From IMG/VR virus record IMGVR_UViG_3300028887_000002, positions 84,278-148,277 of that record: DNA of 64,000 bases. One strand, 5' to 3'. Within the stretch, counting starts at the first letter, position 1. Each line of letters begins with the position of its first letter. The stretch comes from a virus (lineage: Duplodnaviria > Heunggongvirae > Uroviricota > Caudoviricetes). A program made the position numbers and the translations under genes. The notes beneath the pieces were generated by a model, which searched no databases, was not told the origin of the DNA, and saw only the letters and a list, made by a program, of their open reading frames with translations. Below are positions 26,935 through 36,803 of this stretch, in pieces.

Positions 26935-27969
26935 CTATTTCAAATCACCTTTTGAAAAACGTACCGCCAAACCTATTGCTTTTCCTAATAAGCAAGGAAC
27001 TGCATTACCGATTTGAACCAATTGTTTGGCTTTTGTCCCCTCGAAAATAAAGTCATCGGGAAACGATTGCAATCTAGCCATTTCCCTTGCAGTCAATACA
27101 CGTGGAAGTTTTGAATGAACATTCACTCCGCCGTGATTTTCCTTTATGGTACAGGACGCTTCGTTCCAAGGACATTTCTTCCAAGCATCGGAATATCCTT
27201 TATATAGGCTTTTTCCTTCGGGGCATTCTATCATTCGCTGTTGCATTTCCTCACTATGTTTGGTTGGGACGTGATTAAAACCAGGGTCTTCAGGATGATT
27301 TATCAAGTCGCCAATCGCTTCGCCAGTTGTAATATATTCATTTGGCGTTAGTATTGGTTTGGGATGATAATTCGTTGCGCCAATCCGATTTCCAATAAAA
27401 ATCACTCGTTCCCTTTTCTGTGGCGTGTAATAATCAGCAGCACAAAGTGTGGTAACATTCATTTCGTAGCCAATCTCCTTGTAGTCGGAGATAATTTTCT
27501 TCTCCACTTTGCCACCAAGCATACTGCGAAGTCCTTTTACGTTTTCACATATAACAAAATCTGGTTGCAAAGTCTTGACAATTTCAAGCATTTCCTTATA
27601 TAAGGAGTTACGTGGGTCGTCTGCAATACGGTTGCCCGCCATACTGAAACCTTGACAAGGAAATCCTCCAGCAATAATATTCAATTTTCGTCCATTAAGT
27701 TTTTCTTTTACCGCTTGATAAAACTTATCTTTTACATCTTGTTGTTTAATATCGCCCTCAACAAAAGGATGATTAAAGTTACGACGATAGGTCATCCCTG
27801 CCTCTTTGAACCAATCAAGCCCACAAATACCTTGCAAGCCAGCCAATTCAAGTCCTTTACTAAGTCCTCCAGCTCCGCAAAACAAATCAACAAATGTCAT
27901 ATCAGATTTCGGAACATTATCCCAAACTTCACTGATATCAAACCAATTAACAATATCTTTCTTTCGCAT
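26935..27969 (-). CDS. dcm: DNA (cytosine-5) methyltransferase 1
   Basis: DLFCGAGG, GFPCQGFS, ENVKGL, PQKRER, QIGNAV. Confidence 0.92.
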   Translation of the reverse strand: MRKKDIVNWFDISEVWDNVPKSDMTFVDLFCGAGGLSKGLELAGLQGICGLDWFKEAGMTYRRNFNHPFVEGDIKQQDVKDKFYQAVKEKLNGRKLNIIAGGFPCQGFSMAGNRIADDPRNSLYKEMLEIVKTLQPDFVICENVKGLRSMLGGKVEKKIISDYKEIGYEMNVTTLCAADYYTPQKRERVIFIGNRIGATNYHPKPILTPNEYITTGEAIGDLINHPEDPGFNHVPTKHSEEMQQRMIECPEGKSLYKGYSDAWKKCPWNEASCTIKENHGGVNVHSKLPRVLTAREMARLQSFPDDFIFEGTKAKQLVQIGNAVPCLLGKAIGLAVRFSKGDLK

Positions 27970-27974
27970 AATAG

Positions 27975-28358
27975 TTATATAAATTTTCCGTTTTTCAACA
28001 TCAAGTTGATTCTTTTCCAGTCAACGCCATATTGGTTTCTTGGACAACCTAGGTTTGCGTCATCAATATAGATATGGGCATAAACCTTCGGTGAATCAGT
28101 CCATCGCCTTTGTGTTGGATTCTCATTAACTGCATATAGCGGGATATTCCTGTCATTGAACCATTGAACCGCATCATCCAGTACGGTTTTATCTTCATTC
28201 ACTGGTGAAGGTTCGCTTCCTCGCATTGTGAGCAGTATCAGTTGGTGGCCGTTATCAGTCAAAGCCTTCAATGTCTCAACTGCACCCTCCAAATCCTGTC
28301 CAACATTTGGATAGAGGTGTTCTACGCAGGTTCCATCAAAATCAATCGCAAATATCAT
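27975..28358 (-). CDS. HAD-superfamily phosphatase-like protein
   Basis: IDFDGT motif I; YIDD motif IV. Confidence 0.8.
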   Translation of the reverse strand: MIFAIDFDGTCVEHLYPNVGQDLEGAVETLKALTDNGHQLILLTMRGSEPSPVNEDKTVLDDAVQWFNDRNIPLYAVNENPTQRRWTDSPKVYAHIYIDDANLGCPRNQYGVDWKRINLMLKNGKFI

Positions 28359-28605
28359 ATTCTAACTTTTCAATTTCGTTATTCAATTTATCTATAATTT
28401 CCTTCTTGTTCGCAAAGAGTTCCGTTTCCTTGGCTGACGCACTAACCATAATGCCTTCGGAGTTGACAGCACTTATGGAATATACTGGTGTTCCGACTTC
28501 AACCTTAACTGCTTTGACCTCGCATTTGAACGGCAGAGTTGAACCGAATTCCTTTCGTCCGAACATATATGCGATGTCACCTATCTTAAACCTATTTGCA
28601 ATCAT
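28342..28605 (-). CDS. Hypothetical protein
   Basis: Overlapping-operon ORF. Confidence 0.7.
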   Translation of the reverse strand: MIANRFKIGDIAYMFGRKEFGSTLPFKCEVKAVKVEVGTPVYSISAVNSEGIMVSASAKETELFANKKEIIDKLNNEIEKLEYDICD

Positions 28606-28990
28606 ATTCAGCCTCCATTAGAATATTTCGGTATATAGCCTCCATAGCGAAAGTAAGTTTGCTGACAATCTCAAATCGTTCCTTGTTAGACATGACATCA
28701 TTTTTTTCTGGACTGAACAGCATTGAGACAGGATAGTTGTACTCGTCATCGTATATAACTTCAATATAAGTCATTACACGCTTTCCTTTCTGATGTATGG
28801 CATAAGGTACGGTGTAGGTTTTCTTGTTATTTTCAATTGTGAATGTCCCATATACCTCATCGTTATCGTCACAGAGATACTTGACATCAGCATTGAAGAA
28901 AAGCCTATCTTCTTCAAGTCGTATTGATTGGGAGTTGGCTGAAATAATTGTAGCCAGCATAAATGTTAATGTTAAAAATATTGCTTTCAT
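28592..28990 (-). CDS. Hypothetical secreted protein
   Basis: Signal peptide MKAIFLTLTFMLATIISANS-Q. Confidence 0.7.
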   Translation of the reverse strand: MKAIFLTLTFMLATIISANSQSIRLEEDRLFFNADVKYLCDDNDEVYGTFTIENNKKTYTVPYAIHQKGKRVMTYIEVIYDDEYNYPVSMLFSPEKNDVMSNKERFEIVSKLTFAMEAIYRNILMEAEYDCK

Positions 28991-29166
28991 TATCTATTAA
29001 TTAAATTAAAATTCGGGTCGTTGTCAACATCATAAAGGAATCCACACATAAAGGCTGATGAAACCATTGCCCATGTCGGTTGTTCCTGTGTGTTCGCTTT
29101 CATTGCCTTGATAAACCTTTCGGTTGCATCAATGACATTTTCTTTTTTCTTGTTGTTAATTTTCAT
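28990..29166 (-). CDS. 58-aa hypothetical protein (not in ORF track)
   Basis: MKINNKKKENVIDATERF...; TAATG-coupled to 28990. Confidence 0.6.
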   Translation of the reverse strand: MKINNKKKENVIDATERFIKAMKANTQEQPTWAMVSSAFMCGFLYDVDNDPNFNLINR

Positions 29167-29174
29167 CGTATCTG

Positions 29175-29516
29175 TTATTTTAAAACATAAAAAATGCGTT
29201 CAAGCAAATCTATTCGTCTAATCGGGAGTATTTCAAACGGAACGGGGTGTTTGTCTTTGTTGGTTTCTAAAAAGTGTAAATCATTATTATTGAAATTATA
29301 TTCAATATAGGTAACATGCACTTTCTCTTCATTTTCAATATTATATTTTGATATGTCAACCGATAATTCATTTTCCCGTGAACCAATGCGAGGCTTACCG
29401 TATTCTTTGATATATTGTATGACATATGACTTATATTTTTTCCAAATGATACGACGTAATTGGTGAATGATTTCAATTGTTTCATCTCTAAGCCATTCAA
29501 GTTTGTTTTCTTCCAT
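29175..29516 (-). CDS. Hypothetical early protein
   Basis: First ORF after a host-type promoter. Confidence 0.7.
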   Translation of the reverse strand: MEENKLEWLRDETIEIIHQLRRIIWKKYKSYVIQYIKEYGKPRIGSRENELSVDISKYNIENEEKVHVTYIEYNFNNNDLHFLETNKDKHPVPFEILPIRRIDLLERIFYVLK

Positions 29517-29560
29517 ATTATTTCTCCTTTCCTTTTAGTTAAACATTAAGTTTGATGTTG

Positions 29561-29591
29561 CAAACATAAATACTATTTTTGAAACTGCAAA
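29561..29591 (-). promoter_or_regulatory. Bacteroidota primary-sigma promoter
   Basis: TTTG-N19-TATGTTTG. Confidence 0.75.
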
Positions 29592-29619
29592 ATATTTATT
29601 GAAAAAATATTTCAAAACT

Positions 29620-30561
29620 ATGCGAATGCCCAGACCAGTATATAGACTTGCGACAATTGAACAATGTCACTCGTTGCTGAACGAAACAATGCACGTCTCC
29701 ACTGAAATTGACCCTCTGAAAGAAAAGGTGTGTGATTTCATAAATTCCAAGATTGTTGAACAAATTGAAAATGTTGAAGAATATGGGGAATATACTTTTG
29801 TTATCAATAATGAATGGTTTGAGAAACTGAAAATCAATCTATATTTGGAATTTGTCATGCAACAGACCTTGGACGATAGGGGCAATGCAAACTATTACAA
29901 TGAAAATGGGATTGATAACAATGGAAAACTAATCTCACCTGAACTGAATGTTCAAGTACAAGTTGACAAGTTAGGAAAATATGATAAGGGCTTATTATGG
30001 ACAGTTGTGACTCACGAACTGATGCACCTCTATGATGACTGCCGTTGGATTAGAAGGGGACACGATAGTCTGTGTGTGCAACCTTCAACAGTCAGTGACT
30101 ACGGTTTGAAGATATTGGCGGACAATTACAATATAGGACTACTGAAAGCAATATCGTTGGGTTGTTATCTTTCACAGTTCTCGGAAGAAAATGCCTTTGT
30201 CACAATGACGGTTGAAGAATTGAGAGCAATGAATGCGAGGGATGTTAATATCAAGAAGAAGATGAGAACAACCAAGGCATTCCGCAACTATAACAAGTTC
30301 GTTATTGATATGAGATATTATCTTAACAATACAAATGATAGGGAGTTAGTATTTATCAATAACCTTTTGTTAACGAAATTCAAGGATTCTCATGTTCCGA
30401 AGATGAGTGGTAACAATTTCAATCCATCAGCATACAAGGAAAAGTTGTCTAAGTGGAGCAATGAGGTCAAGGTTCATTTTATGAGACGCTTTTGTGGTGC
30501 GGTGCAGTATTATTTGGAAGAGAGGGGACTCCGTAGATTCACTTGTTTAGGGATTCAATAA
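29620..30561 (+). CDS. HExxH zincin-like protein
   Basis: VTHELMHLYD and downstream EENAF. Confidence 0.7.
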   Translation: MRMPRPVYRLATIEQCHSLLNETMHVSTEIDPLKEKVCDFINSKIVEQIENVEEYGEYTFVINNEWFEKLKINLYLEFVMQQTLDDRGNANYYNENGIDNNGKLISPELNVQVQVDKLGKYDKGLLWTVVTHELMHLYDDCRWIRRGHDSLCVQPSTVSDYGLKILADNYNIGLLKAISLGCYLSQFSEENAFVTMTVEELRAMNARDVNIKKKMRTTKAFRNYNKFVIDMRYYLNNTNDRELVFINNLLLTKFKDSHVPKMSGNNFNPSAYKEKLSKWSNEVKVHFMRRFCGAVQYYLEERGLRRFTCLGIQ

Positions 30562-30592
30562 AAAAATCCCCGTCAGTTATCGGCGGGGAATT
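30560..30592. terminator. Terminator between convergent genes
   Basis: aaaaaatccccgtc-agttatc-ggcggggaatt. Confidence 0.7.
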
Positions 30593-30604
30593 GAATGATT
30601 GTTG

Positions 30605-31075
30605 TTATTCCTTGTCTTTGTTGTCATCAACATCCTCAAGAATCATGTCCCGTGCCTTGCGTGGCAGTGAGAAAAAGTCCTTCGGCAAACATTCAAAGTT
30701 ATTTTTCTTGAACTTTTTGAATTTTTCATCGTTCTTCCAGCAATGTTCAAAATCACATTCGTTACACCCATTGTCTGCTGGTTCAATCCATTGTGTTTCA
30801 ACATTCACAGCACCATTGTCGTAATCGTAAGTAACGTTGAGTACTTTATAAAGAGCACCACCTGATTTGATATTTTCACCAATTCTCGGTATAGTTTTTA
30901 AATTTTTGGTGGTTAATAATGGGCAACGTAATGCGCCTTTTCCGTCCTTAAATTCAAAAATAATGTCTTTGCCGTTATTGTCTTTCGGATAATAGAAGAT
31001 ATTCATCTCCCATTTTAAGTCATCCTTAATATATTCACAACAGGAATAATTGCTTTTGCTAGTTTCTGTACACAT
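30605..31075 (-). CDS. Hypothetical protein
   Basis: 156-aa ORF. Confidence 0.75.
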   Translation of the reverse strand: MCTETSKSNYSCCEYIKDDLKWEMNIFYYPKDNNGKDIIFEFKDGKGALRCPLLTTKNLKTIPRIGENIKSGGALYKVLNVTYDYDNGAVNVETQWIEPADNGCNECDFEHCWKNDEKFKKFKKNNFECLPKDFFSLPRKARDMILEDVDDNKDKE

Positions 31076-31086
31076 AGTTATTCAAA

Positions 31087-31512
31087 TTATTTAATCTCCT
31101 TATTATCCACCATAAAGCATTGTTCTTCATCAAACCCCAGCACAAGTTCATGAAAACGGGTGTTCTCACTATCATAATCACCGTCACCTGGGTTGAAAGC
31201 CTTTATGAAACAACCAACATAATATAGGCGGTATATTACATTCCCCTTGTCGTCAATCATATCATAGGAAGAATCAAAACGTTTGTTCCAATCACAATTC
31301 TTCACCTTGTATGGTATTGATGGCTCGTTGCCACGCATAATGTCATAAACGGTAAGTCGTATTTCCTTGCGTTCATTATCAACTTTCACTGTCTTGAAGT
31401 ACCAGTATGGTATGTATAGTTCTGTGTTGGTCACCAAGTCAAAGACAAAGCGGTTCTTTCTTCCAACGAATTTTACTTCTGAATCTGTTATTACTTTTAT
31501 ATCCATAGTCAA
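31087..31512 (-). CDS. Diverged tail-tube (gp19-like) paralog
   Basis: RKNRF..., DDKGNVI..GCFIKAFNPGDGDYDS aligns by eye with 42013..42501. Confidence 0.55.
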   Translation of the reverse strand: MTMDIKVITDSEVKFVGRKNRFVFDLVTNTELYIPYWYFKTVKVDNERKEIRLTVYDIMRGNEPSIPYKVKNCDWNKRFDSSYDMIDDKGNVIYRLYYVGCFIKAFNPGDGDYDSENTRFHELVLGFDEEQCFMVDNKEIK

Positions 31513-31526
31513 TTAATTTTTTTATC

Positions 31527-31555
31527 AATATAGACCACTTTCTAAAAAAAAGCAA
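31527..31555 (-). promoter_or_regulatory. Sigma70-like phage promoter
   Basis: TTGCTT-N17-TATATT. Confidence 0.55.
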
Positions 31556-31623
31556 TAAATAATTGTTTCTTCGGACTATTTATAATAGAAAAAATAATAA
31601 CGAAATAAAAATAATTTTTGAAT

Positions 31624-31932
31624 ATGGCAAAGCAAGTTATTAGACTTAACGAATCAGACCTTGCAAGAATGATTGGCGAGGCTGTAAAGGAACTCAAGAA
31701 AGAAGGTAAGTCCCACAAGAGAGGTGAAGATTGCAGAGGTGGAAACTGTGACGGTCACAAGACCAAGATGAAACCCTACAAGGAACCGAAGTATCGCGAT
31801 TTCAATTTCGATGAAGAGGAAGACGAAGTAATAGTAAATGAAAACGTCAAAAAGAAAAACTCTCGTTTAACCGACAATATGATTTCGGAAGCAATCAGAC
31901 ATACAATAAAGGACTATATCCGCAAGAAATAA
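31624..31932 (+). CDS. Hypothetical late protein
   Basis: VIRLNESDL motif; ACTATTTAT upstream. Confidence 0.75.
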   Translation: MAKQVIRLNESDLARMIGEAVKELKKEGKSHKRGEDCRGGNCDGHKTKMKPYKEPKYRDFNFDEEEDEVIVNENVKKKNSRLTDNMISEAIRHTIKDYIRKK

Positions 31933-31964
31933 CATTTCTTTTCTTTTTCCATAGGCAAACAAAT

Positions 31965-31997
31965 GAACGAGTGTGGTGTCCGCGCTCGTTTTTTTTT
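31965..31997 (+). terminator. Intrinsic terminator
   Basis: aacgagtgtgg-tgt-ccgcgctcgtt + U-tract. Confidence 0.7.
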
Positions 31998-32000
31998 ATG

Positions 32001-32414
32001 CTATATATATTTGAGGACTAATCCTCTCTCTGACAACATATCTTCAACATCCCGCAGGTTATTACCGAAATGGATTACAATCCTGTATGGTTCGGGATAT
32101 TCTTCATATCCGTTTATATCCTCATATGCCAATGCAACCACCCCGTCACGGCAGTCCTGCATCGTGAAACAGTTGTTATCCTGTGCAAGTACCAGGTTTA
32201 TACTAGTCTTAAGTTCCTTTACATACTGATATTGACTCCTATCAGGTATTAGTATATCATTCCTTATATTACCAGCAGGGCAATCATCCCAGCCTTCAGA
32301 AAAGACATCCTCGTCATTCTCGGCAAGCAGGAAATGGTAGACATTCAAACCGTCAACATCCATACCGATATATGATATGTATACAACTTTCAAATCATTA
32401 TTAGGTTCTTCCAT
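32001..32414 (-). CDS. Hypothetical phage protein
   Basis: 137-aa ORF. Confidence 0.8.
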   Translation of the reverse strand: MEEPNNDLKVVYISYIGMDVDGLNVYHFLLAENDEDVFSEGWDDCPAGNIRNDILIPDRSQYQYVKELKTSINLVLAQDNNCFTMQDCRDGVVALAYEDINGYEEYPEPYRIVIHFGNNLRDVEDMLSERGLVLKYI

Positions 32415-32421
32415 ATGAAAT

Positions 32422-32979
32422 TCAATCTTTCTTAATTATAAATTGTGTTAATTGATATAAATCCTTGTTTGGAACTAAAACATTCACATCTTTATGCCCA
32501 TAAGACTTCCGTTGATATGGGACGTATGGTTTTTGGGGATTCTTGAATACTATTTCTTTTCCTTCAACTTTATCCTTTACAAACTTTGTGAGTTTTTCTC
32601 GTTGCAGAAATAAGAAGTCGTCATATGTTTCAATCATAAGGTAGTCATTGGAAGGTTTGATTTCAAACCCGTATTTTGCAAGATTCTCCGTCTGTGGGGT
32701 TGCCGAACCAGGAAATCCTGTATTGCCCACCAGTTCAATCCATGTCATTTCATTGGAGGCATTCTTGCTGGAACGACTGACTTTTTTTATCAACTTCTTG
32801 TCAATCGAACAGACTGTATTGTTAGTGCTTATCCATATGAAGTCTGTATGACAGTTGATGTCCAGTTCCTTGGTGGTCTTAATACACTTGCCACCGATTT
32901 TTTCCTCAATCAGTCGCATGGCTTCATCCTCGTCCTTGCTACCTAACTCTAAATATTTCCCATACTTCTCCAAGTCCAT
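32422..32979 (-). CDS. PD-(D/E)xK-like nuclease candidate
   Basis: HTDFIW...SIDKK...WIEL. Confidence 0.5.
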   Translation of the reverse strand: MDLEKYGKYLELGSKDEDEAMRLIEEKIGGKCIKTTKELDINCHTDFIWISTNNTVCSIDKKLIKKVSRSSKNASNEMTWIELVGNTGFPGSATPQTENLAKYGFEIKPSNDYLMIETYDDFLFLQREKLTKFVKDKVEGKEIVFKNPQKPYVPYQRKSYGHKDVNVLVPNKDLYQLTQFIIKKD

Positions 32980-34871
32980 TATTTGTCCTTTTCTGACTTT
33001 ATTGTTTCATTAGCAATCATTTCCTTGTAGATTACCTTGTCAAACATATCCTCACTGACTGAATCTGTAAAGAGTTGATATATGCATTGTATATCCCTTG
33101 TCTGTGTAATACGGTAGATACGGTCTTCCGCCTGTTTATTTACTGCGGACGACCAGTCATAACTGTTAAACGCGAGAAAACGTGCAATCGGAAGGCTAAT
33201 GCCCACACCGCTTGCAGCCACGTTGCCTATAAAAACCATTACTTTAGGGTTATTCATAAACTCATCCTGCGCCTTATCCTTTGCCTTGGTTGTCATCTTG
33301 CCGTTATAATAGACACACTTCTTTCCATAATGTTTAACAAGAATATCCATCTCTTCCTGAAATGTTGTCATAATAACAACCTTTTCGCCCGACTCAATCA
33401 GTTCGTCCACCAAGTCAATCGTATTTGATGTCATTTCCTTAGCCAAGAACTGTCTAACAAGCATACCCTCAACCAACTGACGGTATTCTTCCGAATCGTT
33501 ATTACCCATCTGTTCCTGCGCTTCCTGATATTCCTTCCACAACTTGTCATAATGTGCTTTCTGCTTATCATTGAGGTCGTAACGCTTGGTAATAATCTCC
33601 TTCTTTACCATATCACCGATTTCATCGGCGGTTCGTCTTACATAAACATGCTTTATCTTTTCTCGTAGTTCGTCAAGGTTGGTAGCATCACCCATCTTCA
33701 TAATGGTTCTACCGTCCCTTAATCTCATTTCCTTACCACCGCAGAATTGTTTAACATAGTAGAAGTAGTCGTTTGTTATTTCGGCATTGATAAGTTTTAG
33801 GATATGATAGAGGTTGATAGGTCTGTTGGTTAATGGAGTACCAGTTGCAAGGAAAACATATGAAGGTTTGCTTTTTTGTAGGAAGTCCGCAATAGTCTTG
33901 TAACGTATTGATGTGTTATTTGAAAGTTTATGCGCTTCGTCGATAATAACACAATCAAAATGGTTAGTAAATAATGGAGATTTCATTAGTGCTTCGTTAA
34001 TTTTATCCTTGTTGCGTGACTTGACGGTCTTCTGAACCATCTCACCAGTTGACTTGGATTTAACCATTACAGGCACTTTCATTACCTCAACAACATTTCC
34101 GTCTTGGTCTTTGACTTCAACGTTTTCGTATAGGGGGTCAGTTGCTATTTCATAGAAGTTTTGGACTATATCGTAGTTGATTATAGTAAATTTCTTTATA
34201 TCTCCCCATTTTGAACCATTAATAATTGTTATGTTGTCAGGACTTTCGTAAAGTTCAATCTCCTTTTGCCAATTTGACTTCAAAGATGCTGTTGTAATAA
34301 CAAGAATATGCTCAACACCAGTCTCCATTGATGCAACTATTGAAGAATTCGTTTTGCCAAGACCCATACCATGGGCTAAAATACACTTCTTGTTTGCAAG
34401 CATAAACTTTACAGCTTCTTTCTGATGTTCCTTGATTTTACGTCCATGGGTTTTCTTGTCATACTTGTCAAAATCAACCTCAATGCTACTGCTGTCAACA
34501 ACATTCAATGGTGATAGAAGGCTTCGCTTTGACACATACATAAGTTGAGGTTCTACAGACTGACGGTACTGAACGTAGCAGTGGTAGCAGTCGTTTATTT
34601 CGCCTATAACTTTTCCAATCTTTATCTTTGTTGGTAGGAAATCAATGAAATACTTTTCTTTTATCTTTTCAGCAAAAGCCTTTGTGATTCCAATTACCCT
34701 ATTTACTTCAAATGGGACATAATCCTTGTTTTTCATTATGTAGTCAATAGCAAAATCGTCCAACAACAAGTCACCTTTCTTGTATTTGGACTTGAAGTAA
34801 CGGATGAGGTTGTTTTGACCTTCATAATCCTTTACTATCGAATATGCTTTCGTTATTCGGTCTGTTGCCAT
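32979..34871 (-). CDS. SNF2/HARP-like SF2 helicase
   Basis: GMGLGKT, IIDEAH, TGTP, QAEDRIYRI. Confidence 0.9.
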   Translation of the reverse strand: MATDRITKAYSIVKDYEGQNNLIRYFKSKYKKGDLLLDDFAIDYIMKNKDYVPFEVNRVIGITKAFAEKIKEKYFIDFLPTKIKIGKVIGEINDCYHCYVQYRQSVEPQLMYVSKRSLLSPLNVVDSSSIEVDFDKYDKKTHGRKIKEHQKEAVKFMLANKKCILAHGMGLGKTNSSIVASMETGVEHILVITTASLKSNWQKEIELYESPDNITIINGSKWGDIKKFTIINYDIVQNFYEIATDPLYENVEVKDQDGNVVEVMKVPVMVKSKSTGEMVQKTVKSRNKDKINEALMKSPLFTNHFDCVIIDEAHKLSNNTSIRYKTIADFLQKSKPSYVFLATGTPLTNRPINLYHILKLINAEITNDYFYYVKQFCGGKEMRLRDGRTIMKMGDATNLDELREKIKHVYVRRTADEIGDMVKKEIITKRYDLNDKQKAHYDKLWKEYQEAQEQMGNNDSEEYRQLVEGMLVRQFLAKEMTSNTIDLVDELIESGEKVVIMTTFQEEMDILVKHYGKKCVYYNGKMTTKAKDKAQDEFMNNPKVMVFIGNVAASGVGISLPIARFLAFNSYDWSSAVNKQAEDRIYRITQTRDIQCIYQLFTDSVSEDMFDKVIYKEMIANETIKSEKDK

Positions 34872-35119
34872 TATATTACACTCATTATTTCATCACTACC
34901 TAATATGATACCACCAAAAGCCAAAGGGCTTATACGTAACAGAGTGGCAGCTACGGGATTTTTCTTTTCACAACTTACTAGCAATGAATTATTATCACTT
35001 TTATCCGTAGTATCCGTAATTATTTCCATATCCCAGTCTTCTATCCTGTATGTTGCACCGCCCCTGATAATTTCAAGGCTCTTAGTGTTAAATTCTTCTC
35101 CGTTAATCTTCACTATCAT
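34871..35119 (-). CDS. Hypothetical protein
   Basis: TAATG-coupled to the helicase. Confidence 0.65.
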   Translation of the reverse strand: MIVKINGEEFNTKSLEIIRGGATYRIEDWDMEIITDTTDKSDNNSLLVSCEKKNPVAATLLRISPLAFGGIILGSDEIMSVI

Positions 35120-35143
35120 AACATATAAAATTCAAAAACTCCG

Positions 35144-35175
35144 CAAAGGTAGGAACTATTTTTCGAAAAACCAAA
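35144..35175 (-). promoter_or_regulatory. Bacteroidota primary-sigma promoter
   Basis: TTTG-N20-TACCTTTG. Confidence 0.75.
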
Positions 35176-35199
35176 TATTTATTAAAAAAATATTTTTTA

Positions 35200-35718
35200 A
35201 TGCCAAACAACAATGCACGAGTAACCCGTAACAACCTGTTCTATTCAGAAGAGGATTTCAAACTTGAAACTGACATTGTTATGGGATATATGGAGGAGGA
35301 CTTAAACCAGACGGTTGTTGTATATGAAGTTGACAGGGTTGCAACCCAAAGTGATGACATATACAAGGACAGCGTAGGTGACATACGGTTTAAGATGCCG
35401 TGTGAAATACCCTGCTTGTACGAGATTAAGGACTCGCAGATGAAGTCATATAGTTCCAAGACACAGAACGGCGCTTATTCGATAACTGGAAATCTGACGG
35501 TCTACACAATGCCGAAGATTCTTGAAAAATATGACTGTGACATCAAGAGGGGTGATTATATTGGCGTACTGGTCGAGAACGGACGTATGATATACTTTGC
35601 AGTTGTTGATGATGGCAAGGTAAATTACTATAACCAGTCATACATCGGAGCATTTAAGCCAGCATATAGGGTTATACAGGCAGCCCCAGTGACTGATGAA
35701 GAGTTTAAGGGTATTTAG
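35200..35718 (+). CDS. Probable neck/head-closure protein
   Basis: Position upstream of sheath; DIKRGDYI. Confidence 0.45.
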   Translation: MPNNNARVTRNNLFYSEEDFKLETDIVMGYMEEDLNQTVVVYEVDRVATQSDDIYKDSVGDIRFKMPCEIPCLYEIKDSQMKSYSSKTQNGAYSITGNLTVYTMPKILEKYDCDIKRGDYIGVLVENGRMIYFAVVDDGKVNYYNQSYIGAFKPAYRVIQAAPVTDEEFKGI

Positions 35719-35729
35719 TTTTTGAAGTT

Positions 35730-36776
35730 ATGAAGCATACTAGGGATAACATAGTGAAAGTTGACCTGTCGCATTATTATGACGGGGACATCAAGCGTTT
35801 TATGAACCAAAGTGAAATACTTGAAGGCGAACCTAACTTTCCACAGCCAGTAGAATATGTCGATATTGACAAGGCGATGATAGATTTTGTCAATGAAAGA
35901 ATACCGATGTATGCTGACGAAAAACTTATCCCAACTTTCACTCTGTACAGCAATCAAAGATTCTCTGAATATTCGCAGACATGGGAACATACTGATGAGG
36001 ATGGTAATCTTTTGATGAATTTCAAGACGGTTACAAGAGGTACTTCGCCTAAGGCTGGCTCGTTACTAGGTGGTGCAAGGAATATTCCAGGTGATAGGAA
36101 ATACACTTTGAGGATTAAGAACGTACTTGAAGACAATGGTAATGAAGCGTATGAGATTTATTCAATGAAACAACCGTTTACGATTGATATGGACTATTAT
36201 GTAGCATTTGTTACTTCAAAATATGAACATTTGAACTTATTTAACACTTTAATCAATGATTTGTTCAAATCGTTGCAGTGTTATCTACAGGTCAACGGAC
36301 ATTGGTTTCCATTACTGCTTGATGACATAAGTGATGAAACTGAATATTCGATTGATAGTCGAAAGTTCTTCGTTCAAGCAGCCGCAATAAAGGTTAGGGC
36401 ATATATCATACGGAGAGAAGACTTTGAAGTGAAGAAATACCCGAAGAAAATGAGGGTCAATCCTATTCTTGACAGGAAAAAGCCTCATATATCGTTCTTT
36501 GAAACGGAAGAACACGGAGAGGGTGCATTCAATGAACTGAACATTGATTTTGTCAGGGGGATTGACAAGGTTTCTTTTGATGTAAACTTTGATATGGATG
36601 TATGTGACATATCAACCACGAATGTTAGGGTGTTCAAGATATATGCAGATGGCGAACTTCTTAATTTGAAGGACAATCAGATGAAAATATTTGAAGGAAC
36701 AACACTCAAGGTTGTGATTATACGATTCGACAAATCCCAAAAGTCAACCGTCACTTTCAAGGAACGAAATTTTTAG
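35730..36776 (+). CDS. Probable tail completion/terminator protein
   Basis: Immediately upstream of sheath. Confidence 0.45.
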   Translation: MKHTRDNIVKVDLSHYYDGDIKRFMNQSEILEGEPNFPQPVEYVDIDKAMIDFVNERIPMYADEKLIPTFTLYSNQRFSEYSQTWEHTDEDGNLLMNFKTVTRGTSPKAGSLLGGARNIPGDRKYTLRIKNVLEDNGNEAYEIYSMKQPFTIDMDYYVAFVTSKYEHLNLFNTLINDLFKSLQCYLQVNGHWFPLLLDDISDETEYSIDSRKFFVQAAAIKVRAYIIRREDFEVKKYPKKMRVNPILDRKKPHISFFETEEHGEGAFNELNIDFVRGIDKVSFDVNFDMDVCDISTTNVRVFKIYADGELLNLKDNQMKIFEGTTLKVVIIRFDKSQKSTVTFKERNF

Positions 36777-36803
36777 TCTCAAAAACGCACGTTCAAAAAT
36801 TTC

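Noticed and set aside
25678-32979. Complete restriction-modification system
   Set aside because: No endonuclease next to the MTases; the PD-(D/E)xK candidate is 4.5 kb away and coupled to the helicase
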